DNA of 40,000 nt from Clostridia bacterium. Lineage in GTDB: Bacteria; Bacillota; Clostridia; Christensenellales; Christensenellaceae. Below the pieces are notes generated by a model that did not search any database, had not been told where the DNA came from, and was given only the letters and a program-made list of their open reading frames with translations. Positions 26,463 to 34,280 of this stretch are shown piece by piece. The DNA lies in assembly GCA_017439085.1 (NCBI GenBank), contig JAFRTU010000016.1, positions 86,059 through 126,058 on the forward strand, read 5' to 3'. The translations under genes were made by a program, and so were the position numbers. How positions within the stretch are numbered: position 1 is the first letter of the stretch; each line of letters opens with the position of its first letter.

Positions 26463-26491
26463 ATTATATTATTATTGATTTTCTATTTCAA
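26463..26491 (-). promoter_or_regulatory. Candidate sigma-A promoter of the marR operon
   Basis: On the minus strand: TTGAAA (26486-26491), exactly 17 bp, TATAAT (26463-26468). A short dyad ATTGA..TCAAT overlaps the -35/spacer. Confidence 0.55.
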
Positions 26492-26531
26492 TTTTCCGAC
26501 GGGCTAAGTTCGTACTTCAGAAAATGTTTAC

Positions 26532-26566
26532 AAAAAAGAGGCGATCCCTTCCAGGAGTCTCCTCTC
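26532..26566 (-). terminator. Probable terminator after the MscS gene
   Basis: On the minus strand a GC-rich imperfect stem (AGAGG...CCTCT enclosing TCC..GGA) is followed by TTTTTTG (complement of 26532-26537). Confidence 0.4.
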
Positions 26567-26593
26567 TATAACCTCTTCTCATCATCGGGATGT

Positions 26594-27457
26594 CTATTTC
26601 ACCACTACCTGCTCGCTCTTCGGGAAAACGATCCCGTTGTTCCTCAGCTCTGTAACTATCCTCTGTCTCATCTCTCTTGCAACGCGGTATCTCTTTGATG
26701 GTTCCACGGTCACGAGCAGCATATGGACCTGAGCAACCGGAGTATAGTTGTTGACGCCGAGATAATTGACGGTACCCGGAACTATCCCGTTCTCCTCAAT
26801 GTATGCATTTGCCTCTTTTTCTATTATCCTGCCTATGAGGTCGCTGTCTGCCTCGAGCTCAAGTTCCAGGGACATGGTTATCTGATAATTGTCCCTTGAA
26901 TAATTGTATACGGTAGTTATCTCGCCGTTCGGTATCGAGGCAAGGGAGTTGTCAGCCAGTTTGACCCTCGTGGTCCTTATGGCTATGGATTCCACCACTC
27001 CTTCTATGTCCCCTATCTTCACGGTATCCCCGACCGCAAATTCATCGTCCAGAAGTATTAAGAAGCCTGCTATGGTATCCTTGATCAGAGAATTTGCCCC
27101 GATGCCAATCGCGATGCCTCCTATTCCTGCCGTAGCTATGACGGACGCCACGGTATCCTTAAGTCCGATTATCGAAAGAATAGCAACGGTGACGAAGAAA
27201 ATGAGAAGGTACTTGGTTATGCTCTTCATGAGAGTGAGCACCGTCTCCGTCTTTCTGAAATCCTTGTCGGTGACGTTGTGCTTTTGTTTCCTTCTGATGA
27301 TCCTCTCTATGATCCTGTAGACTATCTTCTTCACTATCCAACCGAGCAGTATCACGAAAACAATCTCGAGTATGCAGAAGATTATTACCGGATAATTCTC
27401 CTTGATATGCTCTATTCCCTGTTTGAAAAGATCGCCGAGCACGCTTAACAGTTCCAT
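26594..27457 (-). CDS. Small-conductance mechanosensitive channel (MscS family)
   Basis: Three N-terminal TM segments, a Gly/Ala-rich pore helix (GIGGIAIGIGANSLIKD) and a beta-domain (VGDTVKIGDIEGVVESI). The ATG immediately follows the helicase stop codon. Confidence 0.85.
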   Translation of the reverse strand: MELLSVLGDLFKQGIEHIKENYPVIIFCILEIVFVILLGWIVKKIVYRIIERIIRRKQKHNVTDKDFRKTETVLTLMKSITKYLLIFFVTVAILSIIGLKDTVASVIATAGIGGIAIGIGANSLIKDTIAGFLILLDDEFAVGDTVKIGDIEGVVESIAIRTTRVKLADNSLASIPNGEITTVYNYSRDNYQITMSLELELEADSDLIGRIIEKEANAYIEENGIVPGTVNYLGVNNYTPVAQVHMLLVTVEPSKRYRVAREMRQRIVTELRNNGIVFPKSEQVVVK

Positions 27458-29344
27458 TTATTTACCTCCGTATCTGTGCAGATAGTTTCTTCTGAAGCAG
27501 CGGTCGCAGATCGCAAACCTGTCATTCCACTTCATCGGTCTTCCGCAGATCCTGCATTTCCTGGAAGAGAGCCTCTGGAGCGAAAGCTGCTCCATGATCT
27601 TCTCAGAGATCTTCTTCTTGAGTTCCAGCACTATATTGCTGTCATAGTCATGCGGAAACCTGGAAACGTAGTAGTATATCAGGTCACAAGTCCTGAAATC
27701 CCTTTCAAGGGCATGTATGTCCCCTTCATGCTCATCCATCATGGGAAGGTAGTCATATGCGTCAACTTCCTTTCCCTTTGCCTCGCACATGAAGAATTCC
27801 TTCCATATGGCCTTCAGTTCCTCATCCTCCCAGTCATATGGGATCGTGACGAATCTGTAGATCAGATATTTATCGTCAGAGATCTGCTCCAGTTCCTTTG
27901 CAGCCTCTATCTCATACTCTATGTCGCTCCTCAGGAACCCCGGTCTTGCCTGAATGGTGTTCCACTGGGCCATTATGGTGGAAAGATTCCCGTCAAGGGA
28001 GATGAGGATCTCCGGGAATCCGATCACGGCTTCCCTTATCGGTTCGACCTCTGCATTCATGCAGTGGTCTATGAAATCAGGATCATCAAGGGCATTATAC
28101 GTTCCCTCGTTGAATATGCCGTATCTGCCAGCTCTCCCGGCTATCTGCTGGACCTCTTCAGGTCTCAGGAGCCTGTGGTCGATGCCGTCGTACTTCATGT
28201 CCATCATGAACACGACTCTCTTTATCGGCATGTTGAGCCCCATGCCTATGGCATCAGTGGCCACCACCACATCCGTTTCCCCGTTCAGGAACTTCTGTGC
28301 CTCATTGTGCCTGACATCATAAGGCAGTGCCCCGTAAATGACCGAGCACCTGGTCCCCATCCTCTGAAGTTCTGCCGCACAGGCGTGAACGTCCCTTCTC
28401 GTGAAGAGTATAAGTGCATCGCCCTTCCTTACTCCCTTAGGAAAATGGAACCTCTCCCTGTTCCTCCTGAGTGGCACCTGTCTATAATGGTATTCCACCT
28501 CAAAGGTGTCGTTGCAGGCAGTTATAAGGGTCTTCAGTATCTCTTCGGCATATTCGGCAGCGCAAATGTGCACCTCATCAGCCATGATGCCGAGGATCGC
28601 CTTCGTCCATGCATCACCTCTTGAAGGATCCCGTATCATCTGAGCCTCGTCTATCACTGCAACATCATAGTGTTCACTCATGTCCGCCATCTCTATGGTG
28701 GAGGATACATGTCTTGAAAACGGTATGTCTATGGATTCCTCTCCTGTCAGCATGCTGCAGAGGCATCCGTTCCTGTTCATGTTCTCGAACTGTTCATATG
28801 CAAGGAGCCTTAAAGGAGCGAGATATGTGCCTGTCTCTGCCTGCATGAGCTCCTGTATCGCTCCGTATGTCTTGCCGGAATTGGTAGGACCTATGTGGAT
28901 CACGAAGTGCCTTCTCATCTTCCTGGTCTCGGGATAGAGTTCAGTGTAGTCATCAGGGACCCTGTCTATTATGTTCTGTCTTAAGGCTTTTCTCTTGAGT
29001 TCCTCCTGACGGAGCTTCTCCTTCAGACTCTCTTTCCTCCTTGCCCTGTTCTGAAGCTTCCTTACATATTTCTCGAACTTTCTCTCGTAGTCGGGATTCT
29101 CGGTGATCCTCCCTTCCACGGCATTTATGTAGAGCCGGTCCTCCTTCAGGAAGGAATCGAGCCTTTCGATGCCCTTCTCGGAATTAAGATAGCTCTTGAT
29201 CGCGTTTGCATCATAATAACTGCCGAAGCGTTCGGCTATCGCCTTCTGCCTGGCAGCATTCTTCCTGTTATCTATGTAGTCCTTCAGGAACCTTCTTCTG
29301 ACTCTCTGCTGGATCTTCCTGTCCAGCCTATCAAAGTAATCCAA
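27458..29344 (-). CDS. SUV3-like superfamily-2 RNA helicase-related protein with a C-terminal zinc ribbon
   Basis: Motif I GPTNSGKT, motif II VIDEAQM and motif VI QIAGRAGR. The C-terminus is CRICGRPMKWNDRFAICDRC. TTG start at 29344 with GGAGG 8 nt upstream, and a TATAAT (complement of 29365-29370) further upstream. Confidence 0.75.
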   Translation of the reverse strand: MDYFDRLDRKIQQRVRRRFLKDYIDNRKNAARQKAIAERFGSYYDANAIKSYLNSEKGIERLDSFLKEDRLYINAVEGRITENPDYERKFEKYVRKLQNRARRKESLKEKLRQEELKRKALRQNIIDRVPDDYTELYPETRKMRRHFVIHIGPTNSGKTYGAIQELMQAETGTYLAPLRLLAYEQFENMNRNGCLCSMLTGEESIDIPFSRHVSSTIEMADMSEHYDVAVIDEAQMIRDPSRGDAWTKAILGIMADEVHICAAEYAEEILKTLITACNDTFEVEYHYRQVPLRRNRERFHFPKGVRKGDALILFTRRDVHACAAELQRMGTRCSVIYGALPYDVRHNEAQKFLNGETDVVVATDAIGMGLNMPIKRVVFMMDMKYDGIDHRLLRPEEVQQIAGRAGRYGIFNEGTYNALDDPDFIDHCMNAEVEPIREAVIGFPEILISLDGNLSTIMAQWNTIQARPGFLRSDIEYEIEAAKELEQISDDKYLIYRFVTIPYDWEDEELKAIWKEFFMCEAKGKEVDAYDYLPMMDEHEGDIHALERDFRTCDLIYYYVSRFPHDYDSNIVLELKKKISEKIMEQLSLQRLSSRKCRICGRPMKWNDRFAICDRCFRRNYLHRYGGK

Positions 29345-29402
29345 TACACTGTCCTCCAGGCTTTATTATAGCAAAAAAGACCTTCCTTCATAAATCCCGG
29401 GC

Positions 29403-29432
29403 AAAAGAAAAGGCCGTACCTGAGGCACGGCC
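29403..29432 (-). terminator. Intrinsic terminator after the AKR/Fe-S gene
   Basis: On the minus strand: GGCCGTGCC / GGTACGGCC (9 bp, one G-U) with loop TCA, followed by TTTTCTTTT. Confidence 0.8.
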
Positions 29433-29449
29433 GTATCTTTTAGTCTTTC

Positions 29450-30571
29450 TTATACTTCGAGAGCGCTCGCGCAGTCCTGAAGCAGTTCTATTATCGGAAG
29501 GTGCTGCGGGCATGCTCCCTCGCACTGTCCGCACTGCAGACACTCTGAAGCCTTTCCCTTGCCTTCCGTAGCCCTTGCATAGTCCCTCTGAGCCTTGTCG
29601 ATCATGTTGAACATGATGTTCCTGTTCATTGCGGCGAAGATCTCCGGGATCGGTATGGACATCGGGCAGCCCTCTGTGCAGTAATGGCACGCCGTGCATG
29701 CTATGGACGGCACACGCTTCATTGCGTCCTGAGCGGCCTTGACCACAGCCTGCTCCTGCTCGTCAAGAGGTCTGAACTCCCTCATGTATGACATGTTGTC
29801 CATCATCTGCTCCAGATTGGACATTCCTGAGAGAACGGTAATGATGCCGTCCATGGATGCCACGTATCTGATGGCCCATGAAGCCATGGATGCAGACGGA
29901 TTGTACTCCTTGAATATCTTTGTGATGCTCTCATGAGGATTTGCAAGAGCACCGCCCTTGACGGGCTCCATGACCGTTACGGAAACTCCGTGCTTCCTTG
30001 CCGTCTCCCAGCAGCGTCTGGACTGTACGTTAGGTGCATCCATGTCTGCATAGTTGATCTGGAGCTGCATGAAGTCCACTTTGTGTTCTGTAAGGATCCT
30101 GTCAAGGCACTCAGGCGTTCCGTGGTATGAGAAGCCAATATTTCTTAAGACTCCCTCTTCCTTCTTCTGCTTAATGAAGTCCCAGAGATGATAATCACAG
30201 TACTGCTGATAGTTGTCATCGCTCACTGCATGGAGCAGATAGAAATCGAGATAGTCGGTACCGAGCCTCTTTAAGCTTGTGGCCAGCTGAGCCTTCGCAT
30301 CTTCTTCATCCTTTGCGACTCTCGCATTGAGCTTGGTTGCGATGGTGAAGGAATCCCTCGGATATCTCTCCACAAAAGCCTTCCTTACGGCCTCTTCGCT
30401 CTTTCCTCCGTCGTAAACGAATGCGGTATCCACATAAGTTCCGCCTCCGGAGATGAAGATGTCGGCCATCTCATTTATCTGAGCCTGATCGTTCTCCCCG
30501 TCAGGAAGATGAGGAAGCCTCATCATGCCGAAACCGAGCTTGAACGTATCTTTTCCGAAATAATCACCCAT
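29450..30571 (-). CDS. Aldo/keto reductase fused to a C-terminal 4Fe-4S ferredoxin-type domain
   Basis: The AKR N-terminus (LGFGMMRLP, DTAFVYDGGKSEE) is followed by two Cys clusters, CTACHYCTEGCP and CLQCGQCEGACP. AGGAGG SD. Confidence 0.82.
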   Translation of the reverse strand: MGDYFGKDTFKLGFGMMRLPHLPDGENDQAQINEMADIFISGGGTYVDTAFVYDGGKSEEAVRKAFVERYPRDSFTIATKLNARVAKDEEDAKAQLATSLKRLGTDYLDFYLLHAVSDDNYQQYCDYHLWDFIKQKKEEGVLRNIGFSYHGTPECLDRILTEHKVDFMQLQINYADMDAPNVQSRRCWETARKHGVSVTVMEPVKGGALANPHESITKIFKEYNPSASMASWAIRYVASMDGIITVLSGMSNLEQMMDNMSYMREFRPLDEQEQAVVKAAQDAMKRVPSIACTACHYCTEGCPMSIPIPEIFAAMNRNIMFNMIDKAQRDYARATEGKGKASECLQCGQCEGACPQHLPIIELLQDCASALEV

Positions 30572-30636
30572 TGGATATTACCTCCTAATTCACTCTAATA
30601 TTATTATATAACCCTAAAGCAGGTTAAATGCAACTT

Positions 30637-31575
30637 TCAGTCTCCAACTAGAGCATATCTTGCGCACATCACGTCCTCTGCGGCCAGCCCAAGAGCATCG
30701 AAAACGGTGATGTCTGAAGCGGATGTCCTTCCCTTTATCTTTCCTGTTATAAGGTCTCCGAGATCTCCCTTAACGTGATCTTCCCTTATGATCCCTTCTT
30801 CAAGCGGAATGAGGTATTCGCCCGATTCCTTCTTCATGGCGTTAATGTCGTCGGCTATCACTATGGCATCCCTGAAGAGGTCCGACGCCACTTCTCTGGT
30901 CACAGGGCTGAACGTCCCCACTGCATTGATATGCGTGCCCTCCTTAACCATGTTTCTCGTGAGATAGGCTTTCTTTGAAGGAGTGACCGTACAGATGATG
31001 TCAGCATCTCTGACCGCATCTCTTACGGAAAAAGCCCCTTCTATCTGAAGTCCGGTCTCGGAAGACATCTCCCTAACATATCTTTTAGAGGCTTCCTTCC
31101 TGATGTCGTATACCCTTACCTTCCTGAGGCCCGGTCTTACCTTCAGCATGGCTCTCAGATGGCTCCTTCCCTGCGCTCCCGCTCCTATTATTGCAAGAGT
31201 CTCTGCATCAGGGTTTGCCAGAAGATCCGTTGCCACCGCGGAGACGGCTCCCGTCCTTATCTCCGTGACGGACGTTGCGTCCACGAGCCCTACAGGGCAT
31301 CCGTGTTCATTCTCGAAGAGTATCACGTAACCCATATGGGAAGGATACTCCGTGCCCTCGTTAGACGGGAATGCGGTAAGGATCTTTGCACCGAAATAAT
31401 CCCCTATGTGTGCAGGCATAAAACCGAATGCGTTGTTTCCGGGGAACATCTGTATCGTCCTTAATGGCTGTATTGCTCTTCCCTCTCCAAGCCTTTTAAA
31501 GGTCTCCCTCATGAGTTCTATGGCCTTATCCATGGTAAGGATCTGTCTCAGTTCCTTTTCCTCTATTGTCCTCAT
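30637..31575 (-). CDS. Ornithine cyclodeaminase / mu-crystallin family protein
   Basis: 312 aa with Rossmann motif IIGAGAQGRSH and family-typical N- and C-terminal regions. GAGGAGG SD. Confidence 0.8.
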   Translation of the reverse strand: MRTIEEKELRQILTMDKAIELMRETFKRLGEGRAIQPLRTIQMFPGNNAFGFMPAHIGDYFGAKILTAFPSNEGTEYPSHMGYVILFENEHGCPVGLVDATSVTEIRTGAVSAVATDLLANPDAETLAIIGAGAQGRSHLRAMLKVRPGLRKVRVYDIRKEASKRYVREMSSETGLQIEGAFSVRDAVRDADIICTVTPSKKAYLTRNMVKEGTHINAVGTFSPVTREVASDLFRDAIVIADDINAMKKESGEYLIPLEEGIIREDHVKGDLGDLITGKIKGRTSASDITVFDALGLAAEDVMCARYALVGD

Positions 31576-31692
31576 GTCGTACCTCCTCTTTTAAAATTAT
31601 ATCAAAAAGATCCTCTTCCATAGTCCCCATATGTGAAAGAAGAAGTATGTGGGATATAATATTAGATAAGTAAACATGAAAGGAAAAAGATC

Positions 31693-33333
31693 ATGAAGAT
31701 CATAATCGTAGGCGGTGTCGCAGGAGGCGCTTCCGCAGCCGTAAGGCTCAGAAGGCTTGACGAGGATGCCGAGATAATCCTGATCGAGAAGGGCAGTTTC
31801 GTATCATTTGCGAACTGCGGACTTCCTTACCACATAAGTGACGTCACACCCGAGAATCTGCTTCAGGTGCAGACTCCGAAGAGCCTGCACAGCCGTTTCA
31901 ACATAGACGTCAGGATCAACAATGAAGTGCTGTCGATAGATGCTGCGGGAAAGAGCGTGCTCATCAGGGAGCTCCTCACAGGAAGAGAATACAGGGAATC
32001 CTATGACAAGCTGGTTCTTGCTCCCGGAGCCTCTGCCATAAGACCGGGCTTCGTAAAGACGGGAAATGACAAAAGAGTCTTTTCTCTTAAGGACATCCCC
32101 GATGCTACCGAGATAAGGAAACTCGTGGAGACACAGAAAGGCGGAAAGGCAGTCGTAATAGGAGGAGGCTTCATAGGCCTCGAGGCAGCTGAGAACCTTG
32201 CCCTTGCAGGAATGGATACCACCGTAATAGAGCTCACTGACCATATAATGCAGCAGGTGGACGCAGATATGGGAAAACTCGTGAAGAACGAGTTCGAAAA
32301 GCACGGCGTTCATGTCTGCGTGAACGAGAGAGTCGAGGAGGTCACCTCTGACGAATCTGCAGTACATGTAAGGACCGACAAGGGAAGCTACGACGCCGAC
32401 ATAGTGATACTGAGTCTAGGAGTGAGACCTGCCACTTCCTTCATAGGAGATGCGGTCACACTTAACGAAAAAGGCGCCATAATCACGGATCCTTCGATGA
32501 GGACCAGCGATCCGGACATATATGCAATCGGAGATGCTGTCATAACGGTGAACCCCATGAACGAGGAATACATGTATACTCCCCTTGCCGGACCTGCAAA
32601 CAGACAGGGCCGCATAGCCGCGGACAATATCTGCGGCATCCCATCGGAATACAGGGGGACCTATGGCACTTCCATAATGAAGGTTTTCGACAAGACGGTA
32701 GCCCGCACAGGCCTCAGTGAAAAGGATGCTTATAACTATGAGAAGTCATATACCCTTCCCATGAACCATGCATCATATTATCCCGGTGCCAAGGGCATGA
32801 TAATGAAACTGATATTCGACCTGGATACCGGAATACTGCTTGGCGCTCAGATCTTCGGTGAGGACGGCGTGGACAAGAGGATAGACGTGCTCTCGACCGC
32901 AATACAGAACCAGATGACAGTGGACGAGATAAGCGAACTCGAGCTTGCATATGCCCCGCCCTATGGCTCGGCTAAGGATCCGGTGAACCTCGCGGCATTC
33001 ACCGCCGACAACATACTCACCGGTCTCGTCAAAGTGTTCCACTGGCATGACGTAAAGGATCTAGTGGAAAACGGAGAATACCTGCTTGACGTACGTACTC
33101 AGCGGGAATTCGACAACGGACACATAAAGGGCAGTGCCCACGTTCCTCTTGATGAGATAAGGGGAAGGCTCTCTGAACTGCCGAAGGACAGGACCATATA
33201 TCTGTATTGTCAGGCAGGTCTCAGAGGATATCTTGCATGCAGGATACTCTCCCAGAAAGGATTCGACTGCGTAAACCTCTCAGGAGGCTACGGACTTTAT
33301 TCACAGCTTACAAAGGAGTATATAGAGAAATGA
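31693..33333 (+). CDS. CoA-disulfide reductase-type FAD oxidoreductase with a C-terminal rhodanese domain (CoADR-RHD / persulfide reductase-like)
   Basis: GGVAGGASAA FAD motif, redox Cys in SFANCGLPY, second dinucleotide motif VIGGGFIGLE, and rhodanese loop YCQAGLRG near the C-terminus. Confidence 0.85.
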   Translation: MKIIIVGGVAGGASAAVRLRRLDEDAEIILIEKGSFVSFANCGLPYHISDVTPENLLQVQTPKSLHSRFNIDVRINNEVLSIDAAGKSVLIRELLTGREYRESYDKLVLAPGASAIRPGFVKTGNDKRVFSLKDIPDATEIRKLVETQKGGKAVVIGGGFIGLEAAENLALAGMDTTVIELTDHIMQQVDADMGKLVKNEFEKHGVHVCVNERVEEVTSDESAVHVRTDKGSYDADIVILSLGVRPATSFIGDAVTLNEKGAIITDPSMRTSDPDIYAIGDAVITVNPMNEEYMYTPLAGPANRQGRIAADNICGIPSEYRGTYGTSIMKVFDKTVARTGLSEKDAYNYEKSYTLPMNHASYYPGAKGMIMKLIFDLDTGILLGAQIFGEDGVDKRIDVLSTAIQNQMTVDEISELELAYAPPYGSAKDPVNLAAFTADNILTGLVKVFHWHDVKDLVENGEYLLDVRTQREFDNGHIKGSAHVPLDEIRGRLSELPKDRTIYLYCQAGLRGYLACRILSQKGFDCVNLSGGYGLYSQLTKEYIEK

Positions 33334-34226
33334 ATGTGATCGGCAATATCTCGAAACTCATACTGGATGAGCTCTTCAGAGAAGGATTTGAAAAAGAGAT
33401 CCAAGAAGTATCCGAGGGAATAGTGAAGGAGACCGAAGGTCATGAGGGCCTTTTCCCCGGGAATGTTTCCGGTATCACGGAAGCTCTTGAAGAGACAGGC
33501 GAAGGGCATTCTCTTCCTGAACTCGTAAAGGCCATAAGGCTGTCAGGAAAATACCCGTATTATACCGAGCTCATTACAGCTGCGGCAATGCTGGTGTCGG
33601 GAAATGAAGAGCATGCGGAAGAAGTCACGGGACTAAGGTTTGCCGATGTGGCATACTGCATCAGGGAATTCATGACTATGCTCAAAAGCGAAGCTCCCTT
33701 CAGAGAGAAGAAACTTGTCGACTTCATAAAGGAAGCATATGAGGACGGTTTCTACAGCGAGATCACTTATAGAGGCTGCGGACAGTGTACCATAGCCGGC
33801 CTGAACATGCTCCTGAAGGAAGATAACCATGAACTGTTCCAGGCAGCAACAGGTTTCTCGGGAGGAATGGCTCTCTGCGGAGACGGAGCCTGCGGTGGCT
33901 ATGCGGGAGGCATACTGATGCTGGGGCTCAAGCGCGGACGCGGCTTTGAGAGGATGCTCAAAGACAAGGACAAGGAGAATCAGTACGCATGCTATTTTGC
34001 TTCCCAGGAACTCCACGACAGATTCGTGGCCTGCTTCGGAAGTCCGATATGCAGGGAGATACATAAGGCAATGTTCGACGGCAAGAGCTACCTGTTAAGG
34101 GAAAAGCCGAACCGGGACGCCTTTGAGGCTCAGGGTGCGCATACCGAAAAATGCACCTCAGTAGTCGCCATAGCCACTTCGTGGACTGCGGAACTGATGG
34201 TCAAATACGGTCTTGTAACTCTGTAA
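33330..34226 (+). CDS. C_GCAxxG_C_C-family putative redox protein with a ~130-aa acidic N-terminal extension
   Basis: The C-terminal half matches the family pattern (CTIAGLNML, GFSGGMALCGDGACGGYAGGILMLGL, FGSPICREI, KCTSVV). The ATG at 33330 overlaps the CoADR stop (ATGA). The ORF-track start at 33207 lies inside the upstream gene. Confidence 0.7.
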   Translation: MNVIGNISKLILDELFREGFEKEIQEVSEGIVKETEGHEGLFPGNVSGITEALEETGEGHSLPELVKAIRLSGKYPYYTELITAAAMLVSGNEEHAEEVTGLRFADVAYCIREFMTMLKSEAPFREKKLVDFIKEAYEDGFYSEITYRGCGQCTIAGLNMLLKEDNHELFQAATGFSGGMALCGDGACGGYAGGILMLGLKRGRGFERMLKDKDKENQYACYFASQELHDRFVACFGSPICREIHKAMFDGKSYLLREKPNRDAFEAQGAHTEKCTSVVAIATSWTAELMVKYGLVTL

Positions 34227-34243
34227 ATGAAATAAACGTGCAC

Positions 34244-34280
34244 AAAAAGAGGGAGCTCAACGCTCCCTCATATTTTTTTT
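34244..34280. terminator. Bidirectional terminator between convergent genes
   Basis: GAGGGAGC (34249-34256) / GCTCCCTC (34262-34269), flanked by AAAAA on the left and T8 on the right. Confidence 0.85.

Noticed and set aside
29388-29699. 103-aa minus-strand ORF overlapping the AKR 3' end and terminator
   Set aside because: It is out of frame within a well-supported Fe-S/AKR gene and runs through the terminator hairpin. The composition is Arg-rich junk.
33207-33329. Upstream extension of the C_GCAxxG_C_C ORF
   Set aside because: It lies inside the CoADR-RHD coding region in another frame. The ATG at 33330, with its ATGA stop/start overlap, is the plausible start.
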